DNA of 56,597 bases, taken from IMG/VR virus record IMGVR_UViG_3300020470_005093, positions 1 to 56,597 of that record. The stretch is one strand, 5' to 3'. The notes beneath the pieces are model-generated. The model did not search any database, was not told the DNA's origin, and was given only the letters and a program-made list of their open reading frames with translations. The position numbers and the translations under genes are program-made. This document shows positions 47,639 through 56,313 of this stretch, piece after piece. The DNA is from a virus. Taxonomy: Duplodnaviria > Caudoviricetes. Within the stretch, counting starts at the first letter, position 1; the number at the start of each line of letters is the position of its first letter.

Positions 47639-48531
47639 CTTTCTGCTAATTTTTGGAAATATTGTAAAGTATCATCTTCATCAGATGAAGCAGAAGGAGC
47701 AGCCACTGGTTCTTTACTCTTAAAATCAGGAGTAAATGATCCACGACTATTATCTTCCTCAAACACCTCTTCATCTATACGACGAGCAGGTTGTTTATTA
47801 CCTAAAACATAATCAAGACGTTTCTTCAGGTCATCATATGACTTGAACTGATCAGCAGCAGTAACAGCAGCAAGAGAATACTGCTTATTCCATATTGCTT
47901 CTAATGCATCTTCATCATCTAGAAGTGGAGTTACTTTATCAAACTCTGACTTGTCATAGTTCCAATAACCATCCTTCTTGACGATCTTCAACTTGAAGTT
48001 TGCACCTTGCCAGAAGTCAAAAGGATTGATTGGTGTTTCATCCTCAAACTCAGGCTGCATTGCTTCCATAATCTTATCAAAAATTTTCTTACCGAACTTA
48101 TATAAGAAAACTCTACCCTCGTTTTGAGGATTTGTAGGATCTTTTACAACATAGATGTTTGCATAATAAGAAAGCTTACGTTTCTGCTTACGTACTGTAT
48201 CCTTATCAGCATCATTACCACTATTCCATAATTCACGATTATACTCTGAAACAGGATCTTTTCCACCAGTTGTAGTCAAAGAGTTTTCAATATACCATCC
48301 ACCTGGTCCTTGAAATGCGTGTGAATACATTTTTGCCCAAGGAAGTTCTTCTCCATTAGGAGCAGGAAGGAATCGAAGAACGGCATAACCGTTACCTGTT
48401 TTATCTACCTCTGGTTTCCAAAGACGGTCATCACCGCCTCCTCCGCCATTATTCATTTTTTCTACTTCTTTAACTAATTTTTGTGTTAAAGAACCAAGTT
48501 TAGATTGTTTTTTTAAAGATGCGAATGACAT
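47635..48531 (-). CDS. gp32: single-stranded DNA-binding protein
   Basis: GNGYAVLRFLP, WYIENSLTT, FGKKIFDKI, acidic tail. Confidence 0.97.
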   Translation of the reverse strand: MSFASLKKQSKLGSLTQKLVKEVEKMNNGGGGGDDRLWKPEVDKTGNGYAVLRFLPAPNGEELPWAKMYSHAFQGPGGWYIENSLTTTGGKDPVSEYNRELWNSGNDADKDTVRKQKRKLSYYANIYVVKDPTNPQNEGRVFLYKFGKKIFDKIMEAMQPEFEDETPINPFDFWQGANFKLKIVKKDGYWNYDKSEFDKVTPLLDDEDALEAIWNKQYSLAAVTAADQFKSYDDLKKRLDYVLGNKQPARRIDEEVFEEDNSRGSFTPDFKSKEPVAAPSASSDEDDTLQYFQKLAES

Positions 48532-48569
48532 TAGATTTGTTTTTAGATTTGGCTTTTGTGTACTCCATT

Positions 48570-48598
48570 ATTCTACACGTCAGAACTTGTTTTGTCAA
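48570..48598 (-). promoter_or_regulatory. sigma70-type promoter for gp32
   Basis: TTGACA-N17-TAGAAT. Confidence 0.75.
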
Positions 48599-48917
48599 TC
48601 TTGTCCCTCATTACAGATATAGCATCTGTCATTTGTTTGAACACTACATTAACATCAACGTTCTTAGGAAATCCTAAATCATCAATTCCTCGTCTAATCT
48701 GTTTTAACATTCTATCCGTTTCAGGATCATCTGATAAAGATAAACGAGTATAAAGAATTCTTTGTTTTTCCATTAATGATTCTAAAAGATCAATATGGTC
48801 TAACTGCTGTTCTTTATCCATATAGGCAAATTTAAACACATTAGAGTAAACCTCTTCTTGAAGTTCTTGTATTTCGGCCATTTCGGCACGTACATATTCA
48901 GAATCGAAGAAACTCAT
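48573..48917 (-). CDS. conserved cyanophage protein (DUF1825-like)
   Basis: MSFFDSEYVR...RLSLSDDP. Confidence 0.7.
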   Translation of the reverse strand: MSFFDSEYVRAEMAEIQELQEEVYSNVFKFAYMDKEQQLDHIDLLESLMEKQRILYTRLSLSDDPETDRMLKQIRRGIDDLGFPKNVDVNVVFKQMTDAISVMRDKIDKTSSDV

Positions 48918-49504
48918 AACGCAATTTGTTTTAGGATTTTTTTGTAGTGGAATACATCTATATTTATGAACGGTTCATACTTCTTTATCTTCATACTGAC
49001 GGTTGACCACACATAAGGATCTAACTTTTTATCAAAATTTTGAACATAACCAAGTATCTTATTACATATAACTAGTGTCTCTAAACATATATGCCCACCA
49101 AGGTAATTCTTCAATATTAGTGGATGCCCCTTAGAGCAATTAAACACCTCATCTAAGTTTCTACCCTCAAATAACTTATTAAGGTCTTCTTTAAAAGTAT
49201 ATGAAAGTGATTGATTTCTCTTTTGCCACTCAACATAGGTATCTCGACCAGTTTTAATAATATCAGAAATAAAGACTTTTTCAGGATCTGTACCAGAAGT
49301 GAAATTTGCGATAAAAAACTTTTCTATCTCATTATCGTTAAATTGCCTAGACATCTTTTCAAAGAAAAATCGGTCTTTTCGTTGATAAAAGGAATTTACC
49401 GATACACGAGGAAGTCTATTACCATACCTCAAATAGTCATATGAGTTTTTTGTAAAATGAGACTTCATAGCAATATAAGTCTTATAGCAGTCAAATGGCA
49501 TCAT
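48914..49504 (-). CDS. gp59: helicase loader
   Basis: YIAMKSHF...YDY...RKDRFFFEK...LETL; synteny. Confidence 0.85.
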   Translation of the reverse strand: MMPFDCYKTYIAMKSHFTKNSYDYLRYGNRLPRVSVNSFYQRKDRFFFEKMSRQFNDNEIEKFFIANFTSGTDPEKVFISDIIKTGRDTYVEWQKRNQSLSYTFKEDLNKLFEGRNLDEVFNCSKGHPLILKNYLGGHICLETLVICNKILGYVQNFDKKLDPYVWSTVSMKIKKYEPFINIDVFHYKKILKQIAL

Positions 49505-49558
49505 AAAAAAAGTAATAGGGCAAAAAATTGCGGAGATATTTTTTCGACTTTTTTGGAA

Positions 49559-49846
49559 TTAAAAAACCAATTTCGCACGGGAAGTGCGCTTTAAAAAGTT
49601 TAACTCTTGTGCTTCATACTTTAATTTCTCTTTCAATGGTTTAGAAATTAGTTTAGGTACGGACTCTACATCGATACTATTCTTCTCACAAAAATGAATG
49701 ATAGCATCAATGTAATTCATGTATTCATTATCTCTAACAAGTTCTTCAATCTCTTGTGCAAATTTTGCAGGACAAAAAAACTTACTTGCCAATACCTTCT
49801 CTAATTCTTTTTCTGCAGACATAGTATTTAATACAGTAAGGTGCAA
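49559..49846 (-). CDS. gp33: late transcription coactivator
   Basis: YIDAIIHFCE...LKEKLKYEAQELNFL; true start may be ATG 49822. Confidence 0.88.
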   Translation of the reverse strand: MHLTVLNTMSAEKELEKVLASKFFCPAKFAQEIEELVRDNEYMNYIDAIIHFCEKNSIDVESVPKLISKPLKEKLKYEAQELNFLKRTSRAKLVF

Positions 49847-49870
49847 TATTTTTCCTCAAATGCTAATAAT

Positions 49871-49899
49871 ATTTTAACTGATAAAATCAATATGGTCAA
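49871..49899 (-). promoter_or_regulatory. sigma70-type promoter for gp33-gp59
   Basis: TTGACC-N17-TAAAAT. Confidence 0.65.
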
Positions 49900-50576
49900 G
49901 CAATCTCTAACAATTTATCATCCACAAACTTCTTAATATACTTTGATAAAAGCTTAATATATTTTGCCTTATCTCTCTCTTCATATACAACACAATCTCC
50001 ATCTTCACATGCCATAATAAGAACTAATTTCTTAACGGATATACCTGTTAATTCATGCAACATACAAGCATATGCCATACACTGAACGAAATAATGATCC
50101 ACCCATGCTCTTGGTTTCTCTTTCTTCGATGTCTTAAAATCTATTATTGCAAGTTCTCCATCAAACTCTGCTATACAATCAACCGTACCAGCAATTCCTA
50201 AAAAAAGACTGTAGAGTGGACCTTCTAGTGAGTAAATATTATTTATACGTTCTAATGTAGGCTTAGCAATACTAAACAGATGCTCAGAAATAGGTAATGA
50301 ATCACCAATATATTTCTCATTCTTTAAATGATACTCAGTAAGAGTGTGAAAATCTGTTCCTCTTGCAGTAGATTGTCTTGTTATCTTATCTGCTGTCTCG
50401 TTTCCTACTTTCTTTCTCCACTTTGCAAATATAGCTTTATTAAAATGACTAGTTACGGAGGTAATAGATACCAACTTAACTAGTTCATCTTCATTGGGAA
50501 CAGAATAATAACGAACACCATCTATAGTTTCTCTCTCCAGAGGAGAAAGATTCAAATCAACATGATCAAAGGTCAT
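49896..50576 (-). CDS. PD-(D/E)xK exonuclease
   Basis: RGTDFH, AGTVDC...IIDFKTS, QCMAY. Confidence 0.9.
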   Translation of the reverse strand: MTFDHVDLNLSPLERETIDGVRYYSVPNEDELVKLVSITSVTSHFNKAIFAKWRKKVGNETADKITRQSTARGTDFHTLTEYHLKNEKYIGDSLPISEHLFSIAKPTLERINNIYSLEGPLYSLFLGIAGTVDCIAEFDGELAIIDFKTSKKEKPRAWVDHYFVQCMAYACMLHELTGISVKKLVLIMACEDGDCVVYEERDKAKYIKLLSKYIKKFVDDKLLEIA

Positions 50577-51328
50577 AAATTTAATTGCATTTTTGATAAG
50601 ATGTATTCTCTACAGAAACCTGATCTGACGATATCATCTACTCCAAACTCTATTATATCAAATGATGGCATGATTTGCAATATCTTCATAAAATCATGAA
50701 TACCATTACGTTCATTAGTTTTAACTAAATCACTCTGAACTGCATCACCACAGAACATAATCTTTGTATTCTGTCCTACACGAGTGATGATAGAATCAAG
50801 TTCATGGAAGTTAAGGTTCTGGAACTCATCCACAATAATGATAGCATTATCAAACGTGGTTCCTCTTATAAAAGATGTACTCCAAAAACTAATAGTTCCT
50901 TGTGCTTTCAAGTTACCATAAAGCATCTCAAAGTCTGCTTCAGTAGGCATCTCAAACATATACTTTACCATATTCTTATATGGTATCTGATAAAGAGTTG
51001 ACTTGTCCTCATGATCACCAGGTAAGAATCCAATCTCCCTTGTAGATACAAGTGACCTTACAATGTAAATTTTCTCATAAGGTGTAGAGGTATCTAATAC
51101 ATCATTTAATGCATTATACAAAGTAATAAAAGTCTTACCTGTACCAGCACATCCATATGCCACAAGATGTCTATTCTGACTATATGAATCAAATAGTCTA
51201 ATTTGATTCTCTGTTAAGGGTTCAATATCCCTCAACTTATCTGTGTTAATTGGTTTTTTTCTTTTCATTTGTTTGGCCGTTAAACCAACACCAATTGGTT
51301 GTAAATCTGATTTCTTTTTACGTGGCAT
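50573..51328 (-). CDS. phoH: PhoH-like ATPase
   Basis: GCAGTGKT, IGFLPG, FIRGTT, DEFQN, GDAVQSDL. Confidence 0.96.
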   Translation of the reverse strand: MPRKKKSDLQPIGVGLTAKQMKRKKPINTDKLRDIEPLTENQIRLFDSYSQNRHLVAYGCAGTGKTFITLYNALNDVLDTSTPYEKIYIVRSLVSTREIGFLPGDHEDKSTLYQIPYKNMVKYMFEMPTEADFEMLYGNLKAQGTISFWSTSFIRGTTFDNAIIIVDEFQNLNFHELDSIITRVGQNTKIMFCGDAVQSDLVKTNERNGIHDFMKILQIMPSFDIIEFGVDDIVRSGFCREYILSKMQLNL

Positions 51329-51332
51329 ATAC

Positions 51333-51578
51333 TTATGAGAATGGTTTTACTTTAGCACCAGGTGCTTTAGATGCTTTACGCAAGACTTCATTCCATCCTG
51401 GTTTTTTTCTTACCAATTTCTCTTGCCACTCTCCTACTTCTCCTACTCCAGCACATCCTTGGCTCCAATCTTTATCCCAATCAGGATTATCCTTTCTCCA
51501 TTGGTCATAAGAACTCATGGTCATAGAGAGTGTTTGAGTCTCTCCAGTCTTTAAATTTTTCACAGGGTATGTTGGCAT
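51333..51578 (-). CDS. conserved cyanophage protein
   Basis: MPTYPVKN start; located between thyX and phoH. Confidence 0.7.
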   Translation of the reverse strand: MPTYPVKNLKTGETQTLSMTMSSYDQWRKDNPDWDKDWSQGCAGVGEVGEWQEKLVRKKPGWNEVLRKASKAPGAKVKPFS

Positions 51579-51597
51579 ACTTAAAAATTAAGGGTAA

Positions 51598-52245
51598 TTA
51601 TTTAGCCCAATCAAGAGCTTCTGAGACTGCAGGAAATTGTTCGGTAAATAATCTCTTACACTCGTTAGCAATATCCATATGTTCTTTCTGGGTTCCATGT
51701 GCAGAACGTAGATTGATATAATGTATCCAAGAACGACATGAACCTGTCATATAAATCCTAGTTGGTGTGGCAAGTGGAAGTACAAATCTTGCACATTCTT
51801 TAGCAACTCCTGCTTTTAACATCTGATTATATAAACCAAAAGCAGAACTGAATAAAGTATTCATCTGTCTATTAAACTTATCAACCATTTCTGGATCTAA
51901 ATCATCAATACTATTCTGCCTATTCTTACTGTCCTGTCTACGGAGTTCAGGTAATTCAATATCACCCAGAAGATTGCTATCAGCATACCTTTGAGAAAAC
52001 TCTTGGTATGTGAAACTTCTGTGCCTTAAGATCTGTGCAGCAATACCTCTTGTAGTATTAATCTCTACTGTCATGTATGCTTGCTCAAAGACACTCCAAT
52101 GACCGTGCTTGATGCAATACTTAAGAAGACCAGCAAAGTTATCATTATCTTGATTCTTCGGGTTAGAAACACGAGCAACATATGCCATGTGTTTTTCAGC
52201 ATCAGGAGTGACACTAATTAAATTAATTTCTTTACTCATAATCAA
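51598..52245 (-). CDS. thyX: FAD-dependent thymidylate synthase
   Basis: HWSVFE, RHRSFTYQEFSQRY, ARFVLP, TQKEH. Confidence 0.96.
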   Translation of the reverse strand: MIMSKEINLISVTPDAEKHMAYVARVSNPKNQDNDNFAGLLKYCIKHGHWSVFEQAYMTVEINTTRGIAAQILRHRSFTYQEFSQRYADSNLLGDIELPELRRQDSKNRQNSIDDLDPEMVDKFNRQMNTLFSSAFGLYNQMLKAGVAKECARFVLPLATPTRIYMTGSCRSWIHYINLRSAHGTQKEHMDIANECKRLFTEQFPAVSEALDWAK

Positions 52246-52418
52246 CCATCATCATCTTCAAAAACTTCATCATAATCTACTGGGGGTGAAGAAAAAGCAT
52301 GAGGATCTTCCATTACTCTTTGTCTATAAGAGTCAACATCAGATAAGACTTCTGCTTTAAGAGCATCAACTAATAATTCCAAGTTCTGAACAATTAGTTT
52401 TAGTTTGTCCCTTTCCAT
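52242..52418 (-). CDS. small acidic hypothetical protein (58 aa)
   Basis: Not in ORF track; MERDKLKLIVQNLELLVDALKAEVLSDVDSY...DYDEVFEDDDG. Confidence 0.7.
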   Translation of the reverse strand: MERDKLKLIVQNLELLVDALKAEVLSDVDSYRQRVMEDPHAFSSPPVDYDEVFEDDDG

Positions 52419-52448
52419 AATAGCATTAAACTAATTCAATTATATATG

Positions 52449-52475
52449 AAAAAAGGGGGTATGTAAACCCCCTTT
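52449..52475 (-). terminator. intrinsic terminator after the DUF4278 gene
   Basis: AAAGGGGGT-loop-ACCCCCTTT hairpin followed by a T run. Confidence 0.8.
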
Positions 52476-52478
52476 CTA

Positions 52479-52622
52479 TTAACTGCAAGGTACTGCCTTG
52501 CTCTTTACCTTGATACCTCGATACATAAGATCGAAGTTCCTGTGCTTTGCTGCTTCAGCAAGCACTCTTTTGTTGTACTCTTCAGTGTCGTACTCGACAC
52601 CACGGTAAGTAACTTGTGCCAT
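52479..52622 (-). CDS. DUF4278 family small protein (47 aa)
   Basis: MAQVTYRGVEY...LMYRGIKV double YRG motif; GGAG RBS. Confidence 0.85.
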   Translation of the reverse strand: MAQVTYRGVEYDTEEYNKRVLAEAAKHRNFDLMYRGIKVKSKAVPCS

Positions 52623-52653
52623 TGGCTTTCTCCAAAGTAGTAGGGATTTTTGC

Positions 52654-52744
52654 CCCGTTCCTTCAGTCGGCTTTTGCGTCCTCAAAGAGGATGAACGATT
52701 CCGTTCCGAGTCGGCTTACTTGCGTCCCTTATGGGATGAACGAT
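52654..52744 (-). ncRNA. tandem glutamine riboswitch (glnA / Downstream-peptide motif)
   Basis: Two copies of ATCGTTCATC-hairpin-GACGCAA...GCCGACT...GGAACGG directly upstream of the YRG peptide. Confidence 0.85.
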
Positions 52745-52751
52745 TGTGTTA

Positions 52752-52780
52752 ATACTAACACACGTATACTATATAGTCAA
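52752..52780 (-). promoter_or_regulatory. sigma70-type promoter for the riboswitch transcript
   Basis: TTGACT-N17-TAGTAT, placing the TSS at the first aptamer. Confidence 0.7.
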
Positions 52781-52798
52781 GTAGTTTTGTAACATGTA

Positions 52799-53029
52799 CT
52801 ACTTAAAGTATTTGTTGATAACATCTATTTGATCTTGGTACTTAGCAATCATATTAAGTTCGTCTTCAATTGCCTCTACAATATTAGAATGCTCACCAAT
52901 ACCAGCAGGATTAGTTAAATATACTTCCACGTTTGCTTTATGTTTAGCAATGTCACCATGAGCATGGGCTAGAAGTGCCTTGATAAGTGAATCTCTCATG
53001 TATACCTCGTGCGTGTTTGTTATGTTCAA
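52799..53029 (-). CDS. conserved cyanophage hypothetical protein
   Basis: KHKANVEVYLTNPAGIGEHS; likely start MRDSLIKAL. Confidence 0.7.
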   Translation of the reverse strand: MNITNTHEVYMRDSLIKALLAHAHGDIAKHKANVEVYLTNPAGIGEHSNIVEAIEDELNMIAKYQDQIDVINKYFK

Positions 53030-53138
53030 GTAACTTATTATACCACATCATGTCAGATAAGGAAACCTCCCTACCCAATCTAATTTTACATGCAATTTCA
53101 ACACACCTAAGTCTATATTCTTTGCTTAACATGTTCAA
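52953..53138 (-). CDS. hypothetical protein
   Basis: 61-aa ORF overlapping neighbours in operon. Confidence 0.6.
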   Translation of the reverse strand: MNMLSKEYRLRCVEIACKIRLGREVSLSDMMWYNKLLEHNKHARGIHERFTYQGTSSPCSW

Positions 53139-53640
53139 TTGCCTCTGGTAAAATAGAATACTCTAATCTTTGAATTGATTTAGTTAAAGAAACAATATCA
53201 TCATCAGGAAGAATAGGTACTTGTCTCTGAAGTATTATCTCTCCACCATCCATTTCTTCATTCACATAATGTACAGTAACTCCTGTAACATCATCACCAC
53301 TTTCTAATGCTTGTTCTATTGCATGTAGTCCCTTATACTTAGGTAGTAATGATGGATGAATGTTTATAATTCTATTAGGAAAAGACTCGACAAATTTAGG
53401 AGAAATAATTTTCATATATCCAGCAAGAACTATAAGATCTACTCCCGCCCATTTAAATTCATTAATTATCCAATTCTCATCTAAACCATAAGCATGAGGT
53501 ATACCAAACTTCCTTGCTCTTTTAACAGCACCACAATCTCTCTTATTGGTTATCATTAAGACAACCTCATCTTTATTACACGTTCTAAGTATGTTTTCGA
53601 AGTTTGTTCCGTTCCCAGAACACATGACTCCTAGTTTCAT
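53113..53640 (-). CDS. purN: phosphoribosylglycinamide formyltransferase
   Basis: SGNGTNF, LAGYMKI, INIHPSLLP, GVTVHYV...DGG. Confidence 0.92.
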   Translation of the reverse strand: MKLGVMCSGNGTNFENILRTCNKDEVVLMITNKRDCGAVKRARKFGIPHAYGLDENWIINEFKWAGVDLIVLAGYMKIISPKFVESFPNRIINIHPSLLPKYKGLHAIEQALESGDDVTGVTVHYVNEEMDGGEIILQRQVPILPDDDIVSLTKSIQRLEYSILPEAIEHVKQRI

Positions 53641-53921
53641 TCAGTAAACCTCACTCCTTCGCAATCAGATTTGGAACAATAATAACGACCTTCAGGATCA
53701 GTAGGTTGGGTTAGATACTCAGTCTCTTTTACCCACTCCCTCAATGCCTCTAACATAATTTCTTTCAACTCTGCTCTTTCTTTATCAGTAAAGATAGGCA
53801 GTTCTTTAAATACCCCTTTAGGTAGAATAGGATCTCCATTTTCGTCATGGGGATAAATGTTATCGGTGCAACCAGGAGTAGAAGGACCACTCATCCCCTG
53901 AGTATCAATCTTTTCTGTCAT
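53637..53921 (-). CDS. hypothetical protein
   Basis: ATGA-type overlaps with both neighbours. Confidence 0.65.
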   Translation of the reverse strand: MTEKIDTQGMSGPSTPGCTDNIYPHDENGDPILPKGVFKELPIFTDKERAELKEIMLEALREWVKETEYLTQPTDPEGRYYCSKSDCEGVRFTE

Positions 53922-54196
53922 TTTAAAGGTTTTCCATATTTATCAACTAAACCCATCTTCTTTACTTGTCCTATATTGGATCTCTGACTTTTCTTAATCT
54001 TCTTATACTCTTTAATAAGTTTATCTACTTCTTTCTTTGCTATGTTTACCTTTAATTCCTTCTCTTCATCCGACTTTACAAAACCAAGTCCTGTTTTACT
54101 ACTTTCATTTTGAGCATCAACATACTCATTAATCACCTCTTGTATTTCATCTCTAATGAGAGAATCTACTTGCTTCCTTAACTCTTCATTATCCAT
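53918..54196 (-). CDS. hypothetical protein
   Basis: 92-aa charged ORF in operon. Confidence 0.7.
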   Translation of the reverse strand: MDNEELRKQVDSLIRDEIQEVINEYVDAQNESSKTGLGFVKSDEEKELKVNIAKKEVDKLIKEYKKIKKSQRSNIGQVKKMGLVDKYGKPLK

Positions 54197-54482
54197 TTTC
54201 CCTTTTCCTCGGTTTCTTAGTTACTTTTTTACCTTTAGTATTAGAAGACCCTAATGGCCACATCTTAGGATTAACCTGACCATGAGTATAATCAATATCT
54301 TGAAGACCTTCTTTATACTTATCCCAATATTCATCAAATATATCTACCTTACTATCAGCAATTACAATATCATACACTACCTTTTCTTCAGAAACATAAG
54401 TTACGATATAAGCATTTCTAGGTAGACTTTTATCTTGGGCTAGTTTCTTTTCACATTTTTCATGAATAACATTAAGAGACAT
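54189..54482 (-). CDS. hypothetical cyanophage protein
   Basis: 97-aa ORF in operon. Confidence 0.7.
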   Translation of the reverse strand: MSLNVIHEKCEKKLAQDKSLPRNAYIVTYVSEEKVVYDIVIADSKVDIFDEYWDKYKEGLQDIDYTHGQVNPKMWPLGSSNTKGKKVTKKPRKRENG

Positions 54483-54991
54483 TAGGATCTACCTCCCCAT
54501 ACAATATCTGGATATGCTTCTGCAACTATTTCTTTTGTAATTTTATACTCATCAGTTAACTTCTTATCTTTAACTAAACATACGATCTTTGCTTCCTCTG
54601 GATGGAGACCTTCTAATAATTGAATGAAAATACTTTCTCTTCTAATAGGAGATAAACTATCATTACCACCTTTAACAAACAGGTAAAAATTCTTCCACTC
54701 TCTACGAAGTGAAGAATGATCTGTACCTAATGGCTTATCATTTGGTTTAAATGGAACATCACCTGCTGGCAATACTGTTATTGCAGTAGGATCGAAATTC
54801 CATATCAACAAAGATTTTAAAGCATCGGTTTCATATTCTTTAAGTGTAGAAATCTTTTTTGCTTTTGTAGTTTGTTGATTAACGAGATTCAAAATCTCAT
54901 TCATAAAAGGATTGGGTGGCAACTTTTGCTTTACTTTAGGTGTCCTAGTCCTCTTCGAGGCTGTCTTCGTCTGTGTCATGATGGTTTTCAA
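54482..54991 (-). CDS. conserved T4-like phage hypothetical protein
   Basis: FVKGG...RRESIFIQLLEGLHPEEA. Confidence 0.75.
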   Translation of the reverse strand: MKTIMTQTKTASKRTRTPKVKQKLPPNPFMNEILNLVNQQTTKAKKISTLKEYETDALKSLLIWNFDPTAITVLPAGDVPFKPNDKPLGTDHSSLRREWKNFYLFVKGGNDSLSPIRRESIFIQLLEGLHPEEAKIVCLVKDKKLTDEYKITKEIVAEAYPDIVWGGRS

Positions 54992-55184
54992 TTCTTAGGG
55001 CTACAATTTCATCTGGAACTAATTGTCCATTCGCATCAAACATCTCTGGATGAGTATACACTACTTGAGGAGTTGTTTCATATGAATGTTGTCTTGCCAT
55101 CCATCCTATCATACCTCCCACTAATAATGCAAGAGCCGAGACAACTGTTGTAAGTGTCAAGGTTACTACTAATACTTCTGACAT
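54945..55184 (-). CDS. small membrane protein
   Basis: N-terminal TM helix; HPEMFDANG; GGAGG RBS. Confidence 0.75.
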   Translation of the reverse strand: MSEVLVVTLTLTTVVSALALLVGGMIGWMARQHSYETTPQVVYTHPEMFDANGQLVPDEIVALRIENHHDTDEDSLEED

Positions 55185-55201
55185 GGCACTCCTCCAAAGA
55201 G

Positions 55202-55429
55202 TTATTTTTTTCTGATGTCCAAATAAAAATCAAAGTGAAAAACAATTTCTCTATTCCATAGAGCAATTAGATTTCCGAATTTTATTTGAAAAGTTTTAGG
55301 TTTTGTTTGAATCTTCCTCCTATTTCTAAGTAATAATTCTACTCCCCTGTTTATCTCCAGAGGCTTGTCATTATTTAGAGACTTTTTTTCGTCTTCCTGG
55401 TTTTCGGTCACGACTATACCTCCATGCAT
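55202..55429 (-). CDS. hypothetical protein, start uncertain
   Basis: INRGVELLLRNRRK...REIVFHFDF; overlaps upstream gene. Confidence 0.55.
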   Translation of the reverse strand: MHGGIVVTENQEDEKKSLNNDKPLEINRGVELLLRNRRKIQTKPKTFQIKFGNLIALWNREIVFHFDFYLDIRKK

Positions 55430-55730
55430 CTTCTAGTATACCATACAAGTAATCTCTTATCTTACGTGCTTTAGGTTTAGGTATGTGGCCATATGCCTCA
55501 CGTAACATTTTATGATTATTATCAGCACCTCCTTTAATGTATTGTTCAAGTTCTAAAACCTGTTCTGATATTTCAGCAGCAGTAGAACTTTCGATAAAAG
55601 AATCTATTTCATATTTTTTTGTCTTACGATACTTAAGAAAATCATAAAACTTAAGTTGCATCTTGCCATCAAACGCAAGTTCAATGGCATGTTCAATCAT
55701 ATCGTATACAGTTTCAAAATCGTCTTTCAT
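55371..55730 (-). CDS. conserved cyanophage hypothetical protein
   Basis: LREAYGHIPKPKARKI. Confidence 0.75.
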   Translation of the reverse strand: MKDDFETVYDMIEHAIELAFDGKMQLKFYDFLKYRKTKKYEIDSFIESSTAAEISEQVLELEQYIKGGADNNHKMLREAYGHIPKPKARKIRDYLYGILEDAWRYSRDRKPGRRKKVSK

Positions 55731-56005
55731 TAGACTAATTCCTTCTCCTTGAGATATTTAACAGTATCACTACATCCACCAAGATTAGTATGATCTAAGA
55801 CAACTTGAGGAAAAGTAGATCCTTCACCAAACTGCCCATAGAAAGACTTTTTATCAAAGTGTTCATCTAGTTTATAAACTACATGATTTAAACCTGCTAA
55901 CTCTAGTACTTTTTGAACTTTAACGCAATAGGGACACCCCTCTTTAGAATAAACTGTGAAATTTTTGCCGAATACATGTTCTTCGGGTTCCAGATTACCG
56001 TGCAT
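55730..56005 (-). CDS. nrdC: glutaredoxin
   Basis: CPYC, TFPQV, LGGC. Confidence 0.92.
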   Translation of the reverse strand: MHGNLEPEEHVFGKNFTVYSKEGCPYCVKVQKVLELAGLNHVVYKLDEHFDKKSFYGQFGEGSTFPQVVLDHTNLGGCSDTVKYLKEKELV

Positions 56006-56007
56006 AA

Positions 56008-56148
56008 TTATTCGTTGGTAGGTTTTTGTTTTACTTTTTTAGTTAGTTTTTTTACGTGTTTCGCATACAAAACATCCTCTTTACTATACCAGTTTGGATG
56101 TTCTTTAGCAAGCTTTAATAATTTTTTTGCTGCTTTCCTGTCCTTCAT
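56008..56148 (-). CDS. small basic protein (46 aa)
   Basis: Not in ORF track; MKDRKAAKKLLKLAKEHPNWYSKEDVLYAKHVKK...; CTAAATA upstream at 56181-56187. Confidence 0.65.
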   Translation of the reverse strand: MKDRKAAKKLLKLAKEHPNWYSKEDVLYAKHVKKLTKKVKQKPTNE

Positions 56149-56205
56149 TAACTTTGATAACTTTACTCTATAGAAAATAATATTTAGTTTATAGGTATTC
56201 TCAAT

Positions 56206-56232
56206 AAAAAAGGGACTGATAAAGTCCCTTTT
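56206..56232 (-). terminator. intrinsic terminator downstream of psbA
   Basis: AAAAGGGACT-loop-AGTCCCTTTT hairpin with T tail. Confidence 0.8.
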
Positions 56233-56238
56233 ATTATA

Positions 56239-56313
56239 TCAACTTTTAGGTGTCATCTTATACGCACCGAAGGCAGTTGCTGCTAAAGCAAGTCCTAATG
56301 CTATAAGTTCCAT
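56239..56313 (-). CDS. 24-aa hydrophobic microprotein
   Basis: [24 protein letters not shown]; TAATG overlap with the psbA stop. Confidence 0.55.
   Translation of the reverse strand: MELIALGLALAATAFGAYKMTPKS

Noticed and set aside
49505-49558. A/T-tract inverted repeat between gp33 and gp59
   Set aside because: Only a 7-bp AT stem; too weak to call a terminator or RNA element
49896-50576. Cas4 or CRISPR system
   Set aside because: Standard cyanomyovirus exonuclease; no repeat-spacer array or other cas genes seen
52623-52685. N-terminal extension of the DUF4278 ORF given in the ORF track
   Set aside because: It overlaps the riboswitch; ATG 52622 has a GGAG RBS and starts the conserved peptide
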